Shown in pieces: positions 51,357-60,750 of a stretch of 64,000 nucleotides of DNA; position 1 is the first letter of the stretch; each line of letters begins with the position of its first letter. The translations under genes were made by a program, and so were the position numbers. Under the pieces are notes generated by a model that was not told where the DNA came from, did not search any database, and was given only the letters and a program-made list of their open reading frames with translations. Source of the stretch: Flavobacteriaceae bacterium (GTDB lineage Bacteria > Bacteroidota > Bacteroidia > Flavobacteriales > Flavobacteriaceae); contig JABABD010000020.1 of NCBI GenBank assembly GCA_014238425.1, forward strand, positions 145,536-209,535, read 5' to 3'.

Positions 51357-51380
51357 AACGCTCAATATTGAGCGTTTTAA
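51357..51380 (-). terminator. Hairpin downstream of rpmF
   Basis: AAAACGCTCAATATTGAGCGTTTT. Confidence 0.5.
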
Positions 51381-51397
51381 CTATGCGTGCATAATTT

Positions 51398-51595
51398 CTA
51401 TGCTAGATTTTCTTCCGAATTGTCAATTAGAACTTGACCTCTGTAGTAAAGTTTCCCTTCATGCCAATGTGCCCTGTGATACAAATGAGCTTCGCCAGTC
51501 GTTGGGCAAGTTGCTATTTGTGCCGCTGTTGCTTTGTAATGGGTTCTTCTTTTATCTCTTCTTGTTTTCGAGATTTTTCTTTTAGGATGTGCCAT
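51398..51595 (-). CDS. rpmF: 50S ribosomal protein L32
   Basis: [17 protein letters not shown]. Confidence 0.9.
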   Translation of the reverse strand: MAHPKRKISKTRRDKRRTHYKATAAQIATCPTTGEAHLYHRAHWHEGKLYYRGQVLIDNSEENLA

Positions 51596-51601
51596 TATGT
51601 G

Positions 51602-52165
51602 TTATTTGTCCGTTAATAATTTCTTTAGTGTGTCCCAACGAGGATCTGTTTTATCTTCGGTGGTTATATTTTCTTTTTCTTTTGGGCTTAATTCTTCAAG
51701 CTTGTCGAGTATGTCCGACTGTAATGTTCCATCCTTTACTCCTGGATGGATTCTTTTTGATGGTATCGACAACACAATAAGCTCATATATATATTGTGCT
51801 ATATTGATTTCGTACTCGCCATGAGGTATAATTAATATATCCTCATTTTCACTGTTATAATCGTCACCGAACTTTACCACCAAATCAAAATTTCCTGAAA
51901 TATTTTCAGGATATGGTTCGTTAGTTACATCGCAATTAACATTAACAACTCCGGATATATCAAAATTAAACTCAAGGAATGTATCCTTTTTATTTAATTC
52001 AACTTTAGCCTGGACATTAATGTCATTTACATCATCATACTCAAACTCATCAAAGAACGCCTTCTCAATTTCATAGTTAAAAAGATGTTTTCCGGTTTTT
52101 AATCCAACGAATTGAATTGTAAAATCTTTCAACTTCTTCATAATCCATCTATTTTGAGCCTGCAA
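51602..52165 (-). CDS. YceD/DUF177 family protein (rpmF-associated)
   Basis: Conserved position upstream of rpmF. C-terminal CxxC-like region, acidic. Confidence 0.7.
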   Translation of the reverse strand: MQAQNRWIMKKLKDFTIQFVGLKTGKHLFNYEIEKAFFDEFEYDDVNDINVQAKVELNKKDTFLEFNFDISGVVNVNCDVTNEPYPENISGNFDLVVKFGDDYNSENEDILIIPHGEYEINIAQYIYELIVLSIPSKRIHPGVKDGTLQSDILDKLEELSPKEKENITTEDKTDPRWDTLKKLLTDK

Positions 52166-52196
52166 ATATATGAATTTTTTGTTTATAGCGTTGGGT

Positions 52197-53258
52197 TTAC
52201 CCTCTTTTTTTGTAGTCGGGTTTTCGGGGAGAAAATTTTAAGGGATTTTCCGTCAATTCCTTATGCTGTCTGCGGTTTTTAAATATTTTAATCCCTGCAA
52301 ATAACGCCTCTTTAAAAGAACTTTCATCGGCAACTCCTTTTCCCGCTATTTCGAAGGCTGTACCGTGATCTGGTGATGTCCTAACTCTATTAAGTCCTGC
52401 GGTATAATTTACCCCTTGTCCAAATGACAATGTCTTAAATGGTATAAGTCCCTGATCATGATAAGTCGCGAGAATGGCATCAAAATTCTTATAATTATCA
52501 CTTCCAAAAAAACTATCCGCAGCATAAGGTCCGAAAACTAATTTTCCAGATTCCTTAATATCTTTAATGGTAGGTCTTAATACAGTATCGTCTTCGCTTC
52601 CAATAACGCCATTATCACCAGTATGAGGATTGATACCTAATATGGCAATTTTAGGTTTGCGAATTCCAAAGTCTTGTATTAACGAATTATACATTGCATT
52701 TACCTTCTCTGTTATTAGTTCAGGTGTTATGTGACTAGCCACGTCTTTTACAGGAACATGGTCCGTGATCAATCCTACGCGAAGCGTATCTGTAACCATG
52801 AACATCAAACTATTGCCTTCAAGCTCTTGTGCTAAATAATCTGTATGTCCTGGAAACTTAAAGCTATCAGATTGAATATTTGCTTTATTAATAGGTGCTG
52901 TAAGCAACACATCTATATCTTTATTTTTCAAAGCTTTGGTGGCTGACTCTAAAGACTTAATAGCCAAAACTCCAATATCTTTGTCTTCTTTACCAAATTC
53001 TATTCTTGTTGTTTCTTTCCATGCGTTAAACACATTGATCTTTCCATCGATAATTTGACTGGGGTTATTGATTCCATTGAAATCCATTTTAAACTTAAAA
53101 TGGTTTACTAAAAAGGAAACTGTCTTTGTAGACGCAAAAATTACTGGTGTACAAAAATCAAGAATCCTATTATCTAACAGGGTTTTAAGAGCGACTTCGC
53201 CTCCAATGCCATTTAAATCTCCAATCGATATTCCTACCTTGATGTTTTGTTCACCCAT
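52197..53258 (-). CDS. pdxA: 4-hydroxythreonine-4-phosphate dehydrogenase
   Basis: GDLNGIGGEV, HTDYL and GLNRVRTSPDHGTAF are PdxA motifs. Start at MGEQNIKVGIS. Confidence 0.85.
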   Translation of the reverse strand: MGEQNIKVGISIGDLNGIGGEVALKTLLDNRILDFCTPVIFASTKTVSFLVNHFKFKMDFNGINNPSQIIDGKINVFNAWKETTRIEFGKEDKDIGVLAIKSLESATKALKNKDIDVLLTAPINKANIQSDSFKFPGHTDYLAQELEGNSLMFMVTDTLRVGLITDHVPVKDVASHITPELITEKVNAMYNSLIQDFGIRKPKIAILGINPHTGDNGVIGSEDDTVLRPTIKDIKESGKLVFGPYAADSFFGSDNYKNFDAILATYHDQGLIPFKTLSFGQGVNYTAGLNRVRTSPDHGTAFEIAGKGVADESSFKEALFAGIKIFKNRRQHKELTENPLKFSPRKPDYKKRG

Positions 53259-53320
53259 AAGCTTAAAGTGCCAACTTTTGTTTGTAATTTTAAGCCTCAA
53301 AGTTAATCAAATAAAGAACA

Positions 53321-53917
53321 ATGTTTACAGGAATTATAGAGGATTTAGGGGTTGTAACAGATTTGCTTTCAGAAGACGATAATCTTCATCTCACTGTTAA
53401 AAGTAAAATTACTTCAGAGTTAAAAATAGATCAAAGCGTTTCTCATAATGGTGTTTGCTTGACGGTTGTTAGTATTAATGGAAATACATATACAGTTACT
53501 GCCATAAAAGAGACCTTGGAGAAATCGAATATTGGAACATTAAATATTGGCGATTCTGTAAATCTAGAACGCGCCATGAAAATGAATGCGCGCCTAGACG
53601 GTCATATTGTTCAAGGTCATGTTGACCAAACTGCGATATGCACTAATATTGAAGATAATAACGGAAGTTGGGTGTTCACTTTTGAATACGATATTGTTCA
53701 AAATAACATCACCATAGAAAAAGGCTCTATAACAATAAACGGTGTAAGTTTAACTGTTGTGAACTCTAAAGACCATAGCTTTAGCGTGGCTATTATACCA
53801 TATACGTATAATAACACAAATTTCTACAAATTAAAAAAGGAAGATACCGTGAATCTAGAATTTGACGTTATAGGTAAATACGTCAAAAAACTCTTCAGTT
53901 TATCGCACTCCAATTAA
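53321..53917 (+). CDS. ribE: Riboflavin synthase alpha subunit
   Basis: MFTGIIEDLG and the duplicated lumazine-binding repeat. Confidence 0.9.
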   Translation: MFTGIIEDLGVVTDLLSEDDNLHLTVKSKITSELKIDQSVSHNGVCLTVVSINGNTYTVTAIKETLEKSNIGTLNIGDSVNLERAMKMNARLDGHIVQGHVDQTAICTNIEDNNGSWVFTFEYDIVQNNITIEKGSITINGVSLTVVNSKDHSFSVAIIPYTYNNTNFYKLKKEDTVNLEFDVIGKYVKKLFSLSHSN

Positions 53918-53933
53918 TTGATTTGTAGGTCAA

Positions 53934-54131
53934 TCAATATTTTTTCTGTAATAACCTTTTCGAGCCATAAACCAATCCTAAACTCAGTGCTACCAATACT
54001 CCGCCATCGATAGGTAAACCTGGCGGTGGTGGTGGCGACGGTGGAGGAGGATTAATTCCTTGCGCTTGACATACAAAACTTATTAATACAAATAAGATTG
54101 AGGCTATTATACTCTTGTTTTGTATTCTCAT
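53934..54131 (-). CDS. Mini-protein: signal peptide, poly-Pro spacer and a C-terminal sorting-signal-like TM plus basic tail
   Basis: MRIQNKSIIASILFVLISFVCQAQG|INPPPPSPPPPPGLPIDGG|VLVALSLGLVYGS|KRLLQKKY. Confidence 0.4.
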   Translation of the reverse strand: MRIQNKSIIASILFVLISFVCQAQGINPPPPSPPPPPGLPIDGGVLVALSLGLVYGSKRLLQKKY

Positions 54132-54350
54132 AATGCTGTAAATGTATAAAAAAAAGGCAGTTAGCAAAATTTCAAGGCATCAATACGTAGGTATATTCTT
54201 TGTAATTGCCGAAATAATCGTTCAACGTGTACTTTTCCTTATTTCAATACTTTAGATTTAGTTAATTAACAACGTACTTCCGTGTTGTTAGGCTGACAAA
54301 TATATACGAAAATATGAAAAAACCGCAGCTTTTAGTTACTTTTTTCATTA

Positions 54351-54388
54351 AAAACATCGATTAAAAACAAAAAACATCGATTAAAAAC
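54351..54388 (+). repeat. Tandem direct repeat, 2 x AAAACATCGATTAAAAAC with 20-bp period
   Basis: Exact 18-mers at 54351-54368 and 54371-54388. Confidence 0.6.
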
Positions 54389-54532
54389 GTAAAGCTTTGC
54401 AAAACAAGACTATATAACTCTCTATAAATCAGTAACTATCAATCAATTTATTAAGTTTCAAGCTTATAAACTATTCTCAGCCTAATTCGGTCAAACAAAA
54501 AACCCTTCCATTTTTTGGAAGGGTTTAAAATG

Positions 54533-54547
54533 TGGTCCCACTTGGGG
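54533..54547 (-). repeat. 15-bp duplicate of the tRNA-Met 3' end (GTGGTCCCACTTGGG)
   Basis: Identical to 54638-54652. It lies ~90 bp 3' of the tRNA and is preceded by the terminator hairpin AACCCTTCC/GGAAGGGTT. Confidence 0.5.
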
Positions 54548-54638
54548 GCCCTTCGACTGCGTTCAGGATAAACTTCTCGCCCTTAAAAATCGGGCACAAA
54601 AAAAGACCCTAGCTAATGCTAAAGTCTTTCTTCAAATA

Positions 54639-54712
54639 GTGGTCCCACTTGGGCTCGAACCAAGGACCCTCTGATTATGAGTCAGATGCTCTAACCAACT
54701 GAGCTATGGGAC
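54639..54712 (-). tRNA. tRNA-Met (CAT), elongator-type or Ile2
   Basis: Reverse complement GGTCCCA|TA|GCTC AGTTGGTTA GAGC|A|TCTGA CTCATAA TCAGA|GGGTC|CTTGG TTCGAGC CCAAG|TGGGACC|A. It is not initiator-like. Confidence 0.85.
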
Positions 54713-54759
54713 CAAAAGTGGCTGCAATATTACCACATATTTTAAAACCTTACAAGCAT

Positions 54760-55170
54760 TTAACGGTTATTAGGTTTCTCTTGACAAAGTTCTATTAACA
54801 CCCCATTAGTAGACTTTGGATGTAGAAACGCCACCAACTTATTATCAGCTCCTTCTTTAGGTGCTTTATTGATAAGCTTAAACCCTTCTTTTTCCAATCG
54901 TTTCATCTCCTTTTTAATGTCTTCTACAGCAAATGCTATATGATGTATGCCTTCTCCTTTCTTTTCAATAAACTTGGCGATAGGGCTATCTTTATTGGTG
55001 GCTTCTAACAATTCAATTTTATTAGGCCCCATTTTAAAAAAAGAAGTCTTTACACCTTCGCTTTCAACGTCTTCAATCTTGTAATGCTTTTTTCCGAATA
55101 AGGCTTTAAAAAGCGCATTGGATTCGTTAATGTTTTTAACAGCGATGCCTATATGTTCTATTTTCTTCAT
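54760..55170 (-). CDS. VOC-family enzyme, methylmalonyl-CoA epimerase-like
   Basis: IEHIGIAVKNINES...GIHHIAF are paired glyoxalase-fold modules. Confidence 0.75.
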   Translation of the reverse strand: MKKIEHIGIAVKNINESNALFKALFGKKHYKIEDVESEGVKTSFFKMGPNKIELLEATNKDSPIAKFIEKKGEGIHHIAFAVEDIKKEMKRLEKEGFKLINKAPKEGADNKLVAFLHPKSTNGVLIELCQEKPNNR

Positions 55171-55245
55171 ATTCAGACGATATTTCGGAATGAATTTTGT
55201 TAATCAAAGCAAAGATAATCCTTAAATATCACATACTTTTGCAAT

Positions 55246-55638
55246 ATGGAAAGTAACAGACAGAAAAAAATAGCTTCCGTTTTACAGCAAGACCTTGTCG
55301 ATGTGCTGCAAGGTGCCGCTACACAAGGTGGCATGAAGGGCATCATTATATCAGTAACCAAAGTAAAGGTGACTGTAGATTTGTCTATTGCAAAAGTGTA
55401 CCTGAGTATCTTTCCTAATGATAAAGGAAAAGAACTTGTTGAAGGTATTAAAGACAATAGCGCATTCATCAAACACGAAATATCACAAAGAACTCGACAT
55501 CAACTACGGCGCATGCCTCAGCTAGATTTCTTTTTGGATGATTCTTTGGAATACATTGATAATATTGACAAGTCTTTAAAAGGTTCTGAGGACCCTATTA
55601 AAAACCCTGATCTTTTAGATAAAAGAAAAAAGTCTTAG
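55246..55638 (+). CDS. rbfA: Ribosome-binding factor A
   Basis: RQKKIASVLQQDL..KVTVDLSIAKVYLSIF is the KH-like RbfA fold. Confidence 0.8.
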   Translation: MESNRQKKIASVLQQDLVDVLQGAATQGGMKGIIISVTKVKVTVDLSIAKVYLSIFPNDKGKELVEGIKDNSAFIKHEISQRTRHQLRRMPQLDFFLDDSLEYIDNIDKSLKGSEDPIKNPDLLDKRKKS

Positions 55639-56838
55639 TTGAATGTATCCTTGTACATAGCCAAAAGATACTTGCTTACAAAAAGCAGTAACAATGCTAT
55701 CAACATCATAACTATTTTCGCAGCCGTCGGTGTTATTATAGGAGCAGCCGCTTTATTTATTGTATTATCTGGCTTTGCCGGATTGAAAGATTTTAGTCTT
55801 CAGTTCTCTTCTCTTATTGATCCTGATTTAAAAGCCATCGTTACTGAAGGGAAATCAATCTCTCTTACAAAAGATCAAGAAGGTCAATTAAAACATATTG
55901 ACGGCATTGCTTCCTATTCAAAAATCATAGAAGAACGTATTATCTTAAGTTATGACGATAAGAAAATGCTCGCTACTTTAAAAGGTGTAGATTCTGAATT
56001 TGGAAATGTAAATAATATAGATTCTATTATTGCCGAAGGAAGTTGGCTCAGTGATCAAGGTCATCAAATTGTTGCTGGATGGGGAATTACCAATGACCTC
56101 TCAATGGGTGTGATGGACTACGCTAAATCTGTGACGCTACTAGTTCCAAAGCCTGGCAAGGGGCAAATAACATCTGTAACTAATGCCTTTAATTCTGTAT
56201 ATACAAATAATGTTGGCGTCTTTCAGATCAATGAAGAGTTGGACAATACTTTAGTGTTCACCAATATATACACTGCTAAAAATTTACTGAACTATGAGGA
56301 TAATCAAATTTCGTCTATAGAGTTCAAATTAAACTCTGAAGCAGACGAAACACAAATTCGCAATGTACTGCAACCTATTTTAGGCGACGCATTTACCATA
56401 AAGAATCGTGTGCAATTAAATGATGCGCTTTACAAGATGCTAAACACCGAAAATCTAGCGGTTTATGTCATTTTTACCTTGGTGCTTATCATAGCTCTTT
56501 TTAATGTGATTGGCTCTATTGTTATGATGATATTAGACAAAAAGAAAAACCTGAACACGCTTTTCAATATGGGTGTCACTATTAAACAACTACGTCGTAT
56601 TTTCTTTTTGCAAGGTAGTTTGATGTCAGTTGCGGGTGGTATTGTTGGTTTGTTTTTGGGGTTCTTGATTATCTTGATTCAAAAACTATTTTCTCCATAC
56701 ATGATTACCTCATCGTTGGCATATCCAGTAGCTATAAAACCTATCAATTTTGTATTGGTATTAGTCACTATTTCTGTACTAGGGGTATTGGCTTCGAAAA
56801 TTGCTTCGGTTAGAATTTCGAAACAATTAATCTCGTGA
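55639..56838 (+). CDS. FtsX-like ABC transporter permease (LolC/E-like)
   Basis: TM1, a large periplasmic loop and 3 TM helices. It is conserved downstream of rbfA in Bacteroidota. Confidence 0.7.
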   Translation: MNVSLYIAKRYLLTKSSNNAINIITIFAAVGVIIGAAALFIVLSGFAGLKDFSLQFSSLIDPDLKAIVTEGKSISLTKDQEGQLKHIDGIASYSKIIEERIILSYDDKKMLATLKGVDSEFGNVNNIDSIIAEGSWLSDQGHQIVAGWGITNDLSMGVMDYAKSVTLLVPKPGKGQITSVTNAFNSVYTNNVGVFQINEELDNTLVFTNIYTAKNLLNYEDNQISSIEFKLNSEADETQIRNVLQPILGDAFTIKNRVQLNDALYKMLNTENLAVYVIFTLVLIIALFNVIGSIVMMILDKKKNLNTLFNMGVTIKQLRRIFFLQGSLMSVAGGIVGLFLGFLIILIQKLFSPYMITSSLAYPVAIKPINFVLVLVTISVLGVLASKIASVRISKQLIS

Positions 56839-56839
56839 T

Positions 56840-57838
56840 TTACACAAATTGATAATCGGAAAATTTCTCTAACACTTCATCTAGCGCATCAAATACGTCT
56901 TTAGAATCATCGCTAGTTACCATTTTCATGCGATAGGGTTTAAAATCAGGAATACCTCTAAAATAATTCGTATAATGGCGTCTGGTTTCAAAAACGCCAA
57001 GTCTCTCGCCTTTCCAATCAATGGCCATTTGCAAATGACGCCGTGCAGCATCCACGCGTTCTTCTAATGTGATTGGCGTTAAATGCTCACCTGTATTAAA
57101 AAAATGTTTCACTTGTTTAAAAAACCAAGGATTCCCTATTGTTGCCCTACCGATCATAGCGCCATCAAGCCCATAAGCATCTCGCATTTCCATGGCTCTT
57201 TCGGGTGTGGTAATATCGCCATTACCAAATACAGGAATATGCATTCGTGGATTATTTTTTACCGCTGCAATAGGTTTCCAATCCGCATCACCTTTATACA
57301 TTTGTGCTCTGGTTCGTCCGTGAATGGCAATCGCGGCACAACCAACATCTTGTAATCGTTCTGCCACTTCAACAATCTTAATGGAATCGTGATCCCAGCC
57401 CAAGCGGGTCTTTACAGTAACAGGTAAATTAGTGCGCTTCACCATTTCAGCGGTGAGTTGTTCCATCAGGCACACGTCTTTTAAAATACCAGCGCCAGCG
57501 CCTTTACTCACCACCTTTTTTACAGGGCATCCAAAATTAATGTCGATAATATCTGGCTTCGATTTCTCAACGATATCAATGGTCTGTAACATACTGTCCA
57601 TGTTAGCACCGAAAATTTGAATACCGACAGGGCGTTCTTTTTCGTAAATATCGAGTTTCATAACACTTTTGGCAGCATCACGAATCAAGCCTTCGCTAGA
57701 GATAAATTCAGTATACACTACATCAGCGCCTTGCTCCTTGCATAGTGCACGAAATGGCGGGTCACTCACGTCTTCCATAGGTGCTAATAGCAATGGGAAA
57801 TCTGGAAGCTCTATGTCACCTATTTTTACCAAATTCAA
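56840..57838 (-). CDS. dusB: tRNA-dihydrouridine synthase
   Basis: LAPMEDVSDPPFR, DINFGCP and the C-terminal helical domain. Confidence 0.85.
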   Translation of the reverse strand: MNLVKIGDIELPDFPLLLAPMEDVSDPPFRALCKEQGADVVYTEFISSEGLIRDAAKSVMKLDIYEKERPVGIQIFGANMDSMLQTIDIVEKSKPDIIDINFGCPVKKVVSKGAGAGILKDVCLMEQLTAEMVKRTNLPVTVKTRLGWDHDSIKIVEVAERLQDVGCAAIAIHGRTRAQMYKGDADWKPIAAVKNNPRMHIPVFGNGDITTPERAMEMRDAYGLDGAMIGRATIGNPWFFKQVKHFFNTGEHLTPITLEERVDAARRHLQMAIDWKGERLGVFETRRHYTNYFRGIPDFKPYRMKMVTSDDSKDVFDALDEVLEKFSDYQFV

Positions 57839-57901
57839 TTTATTTTGAGCAAAATTACAGTTTTTTAGGTAGTTCTTGTCGAAAGATATAAATTAGACTG
57901 T

Positions 57902-58441
57902 ATGAAAAGATTGCTTCTTATATTATCTACTCTCTTCTTAGTTAACTGTGGCTCATCAGATTTACCGACTGAAAAAGCTGCTAAAATCAAAACATTTAAG
58001 AATAAAAACATCGAAGCTAAATACCCTAAAACTTGGATTAAATTTGGAGGTCTAGATTATGTGTATTTCATGCCAAAAAAAGTGAGGGATAACAATTTCG
58101 AAAATGAAGTTGAACATGTTTCTATAAATAAAAACAACATTCAAATAAATAGTTTCAATCAAATAGAAAATGTTCTAAATAAACATGGAAATACTTTAAC
58201 AAGAAATCAAATAAAAAAGAGTTTTGAATTAGTTAAATTAAATTCTCAGGCAAAATTTATTTATAAAATTGAATCCTTTATAACATATAATTCTAGCCCA
58301 AATACCTACAAAAGAGTCGAGTATTTTTATCAAAATCAGGGCATGTTAAAATATTTCATTTATCAAATGAGAGAAGAATTGTTTGATTTATATCATGAAG
58401 ATGCTTTGTTTATTATAAACTCAGTTCATAATAAAAAGTAG
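57902..58441 (+). CDS. Hypothetical lipoprotein
   Basis: Signal peptide and LVNCGSS. No recognisable domain. Its stop is 3 nt before the lgt start. Confidence 0.4.
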   Translation: MKRLLLILSTLFLVNCGSSDLPTEKAAKIKTFKNKNIEAKYPKTWIKFGGLDYVYFMPKKVRDNNFENEVEHVSINKNNIQINSFNQIENVLNKHGNTLTRNQIKKSFELVKLNSQAKFIYKIESFITYNSSPNTYKRVEYFYQNQGMLKYFIYQMREELFDLYHEDALFIINSVHNKK

Positions 58442-58444
58442 GCT

Positions 58445-59188
58445 TTGCAAATCCCCTTTGAACCTCAAATCTTCGGATACCAAATAAACATTCACCTCAT
58501 TCTAGAATATGCTGCTTTTTTTACAGCGTTTCGCTACTACGTGTATTTAAGACGACATCAAACCGATACTATTTCGACTTTAAACAGATTGTCCATTATC
58601 CTTGGCGCCGCTTTGGGCGCGTTAATTGGATCACGATTGGTTGGGTTTCTGGAGAATCCGTTGGTAGAAATCTCCCAAGGAGATATCATTCAACTACTCA
58701 ATACCAAAACCATTATGGGAGGTTTATTTGGCGGGTTGTTAGGTGTAGAAATTTCTAAAAAAGTGATTGGCGAAAACACCTCGTCTGGCGATTTGTTTAC
58801 GCTACCCATTATCCTAGGAATCTTTATTGGTCGCATTGGTTGTTTTCTTTCTGGAATTAATGAATTTACTTACGGAAAAGAAACCGCATTCTTCACAGGA
58901 ATGAACCTAGGTGATGGCCTAAACAGACACCCTGTGTCGCTCTACGAATTAGTGTTTTTAGTCATATTGTTTTTTGGTCTTCAGCATCTTTATAAACATC
59001 GCGACTTACCAAACGGGCGACTCTTCAAATACTTTATGATTACCTATTTTTTCTTTCGTTTCTTTCTTGAATTTCTCAAACCCAATGTATTTTATGTCTT
59101 GAGCCTAAGCACAATTCAGATATTATGCATAATTTGTTTACTCTATTACCATAAAACCATCATTAAGCTATTTACCAATGCCCGTTAG
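58445..59188 (+). CDS. lgt: Prolipoprotein diacylglyceryl transferase homolog
   Basis: GRIGCFLSGINEF (Lgt signature G-R-x-G-N/C-F-x-N-x-E) and RHPVSLYE (E. coli RHPSQLYE). 7 TM helices. TTG start. Confidence 0.65.
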   Translation: MQIPFEPQIFGYQINIHLILEYAAFFTAFRYYVYLRRHQTDTISTLNRLSIILGAALGALIGSRLVGFLENPLVEISQGDIIQLLNTKTIMGGLFGGLLGVEISKKVIGENTSSGDLFTLPIILGIFIGRIGCFLSGINEFTYGKETAFFTGMNLGDGLNRHPVSLYELVFLVILFFGLQHLYKHRDLPNGRLFKYFMITYFFFRFFLEFLKPNVFYVLSLSTIQILCIICLLYYHKTIIKLFTNAR

Positions 59189-60569
59189 AAAATACACGTA
59201 TTACGATTTTACTTTGAGTCTCTGTCCAGAATGCCTCAAACGTGTCGATGCGAAAATTGTCTTCGAAAATGATAAGGTATATATGCTAAAACGTTGCAAC
59301 GAACACGGCAATTCTAAGGTGTTAATTGCTGATGATATTGAATACTATAAAAACATTCGCAACTATAACAAACCCTCTGAAACGCCTTATAAATTTAACA
59401 CCAAGACACACTATGGCTGTCCATACGATTGTGGCTTATGTCCTGATCACGAGCAGCATTCTTGTTTGACGATTGTAGAAATCACCGATCGTTGTAACCT
59501 AACCTGTCCGACTTGTTATGCTGGCTCATCGCCTACTTACGGAAGACATCGCACTCTCGATGAAATCAAGACCATGCTAGATACTATTGTTACAAACGAA
59601 AAGGAACCTGATGTCGTACAAATAAGCGGTGGTGAACCAACTATTCATCCGGATTTTTTTGCCATTATGGACTATGCGAAATCCTTACCCATTAGGCATT
59701 TAATGCTCAACACCAATGGAATCAAAATTGCTAAAGACAAAGATTTTACAAAACGTTTAAAAAGTTACGCGCCCGATTTCGAGATCTATTTACAATTCGA
59801 TTCTTTTCAAAAAGATGCTTTGGTGGAAATGCGAGGTGCAGATTTACGTTCTATACGAAAAGAAGCGCTTCACAACCTCAACGAATTCAATTTGTCGACA
59901 ACACTGGTCGTTACGCTTCAAAAAGGACTAAACGATCATGAAATAGGAGACATTATCGATTATGCATTACAACAAAAATGTGTAAGGGGAGTCACGTTAC
60001 AGCCAACTCAAATTGCTGGTCGGCTTGATAATTTTAATCCAGGAACAGATCGTATGACCCTAACCGAAGTGAGGAGAAATATCATGGAACAAACCACAAT
60101 TTTTAATTCAGATGATTTGCTTCCTGTGCCCTGTAATCCCGATGCCTTAGTCATGGGGTATGCTCTTAAATTAGGTGGTGAAGTGTTTCCGTTGACGCGA
60201 TATATTAATCCTAATGATTTACTTGACAATAGTAAAAACACCATTGTATATGAACAGGACGAGGCTTTACACGGTAAAATGATCGAGCTCTTTAGCGCTG
60301 GGAATTCTGTAGAAGTTGCCGAGGAGAACTTGAAGTCCATTATGTGTTGTTTGCCGAATATTGATGCACCAGAATTAGGCTATGATAATTTGTTCAGGGT
60401 GATTATCATGCAGTTTATTGATGCCTATAATTTTGATGTTCGAGCGATTAAAAAATCCTGTGTACATATCGTTGATAAAGACAACAAGATTATTCCGTTT
60501 GAAACGATGAACCTCTTTTATCGCGATAATAAAAAGGCGTATTTAGAAGAACTTAAAAACGAGATGTAA
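59178..60569 (+). CDS. Radical SAM enzyme with an N-terminal zinc ribbon (COG1964-like)
   Basis: CPECLKR...CNEHG zinc ribbon; CNLTCPTCY cluster motif; GGEP SAM-binding; C-terminal Cys (CNPD, MCCLP, SCVH). It overlaps lgt by 11 nt. Confidence 0.7.
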   Translation: MPVRKYTYYDFTLSLCPECLKRVDAKIVFENDKVYMLKRCNEHGNSKVLIADDIEYYKNIRNYNKPSETPYKFNTKTHYGCPYDCGLCPDHEQHSCLTIVEITDRCNLTCPTCYAGSSPTYGRHRTLDEIKTMLDTIVTNEKEPDVVQISGGEPTIHPDFFAIMDYAKSLPIRHLMLNTNGIKIAKDKDFTKRLKSYAPDFEIYLQFDSFQKDALVEMRGADLRSIRKEALHNLNEFNLSTTLVVTLQKGLNDHEIGDIIDYALQQKCVRGVTLQPTQIAGRLDNFNPGTDRMTLTEVRRNIMEQTTIFNSDDLLPVPCNPDALVMGYALKLGGEVFPLTRYINPNDLLDNSKNTIVYEQDEALHGKMIELFSAGNSVEVAEENLKSIMCCLPNIDAPELGYDNLFRVIIMQFIDAYNFDVRAIKKSCVHIVDKDNKIIPFETMNLFYRDNKKAYLEELKNEM

Positions 60570-60570
60570 T

Positions 60571-60750
60571 ATGATTTTTGTATTGATACTTTGTGTTATG
60601 TTTGCGCCACCTATAATTTTTTTAGTTCTAGGAAGAAAAGCAAGGCCTGACAAGAAAAAAGCAAAGATGTTTTATATTATCGCCGCAGTCTATTTATTGG
60701 TCGGATTAGGCACTTGCGCCACTATTTTAACGAACTTAAGTATTCATTAA
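60571..60750 (+). CDS. 59-aa hairpin membrane peptide (not in the ORF track), paralog of the next gene
   Basis: MIFVLILCVMFAPPIIFLVLGRKARPDKKKAKMFYIIAAVYLLVGLGTCATILTNLSIH. Its ATG lies 1 nt after the radical-SAM stop. Confidence 0.35.
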   Translation: MIFVLILCVMFAPPIIFLVLGRKARPDKKKAKMFYIIAAVYLLVGLGTCATILTNLSIH

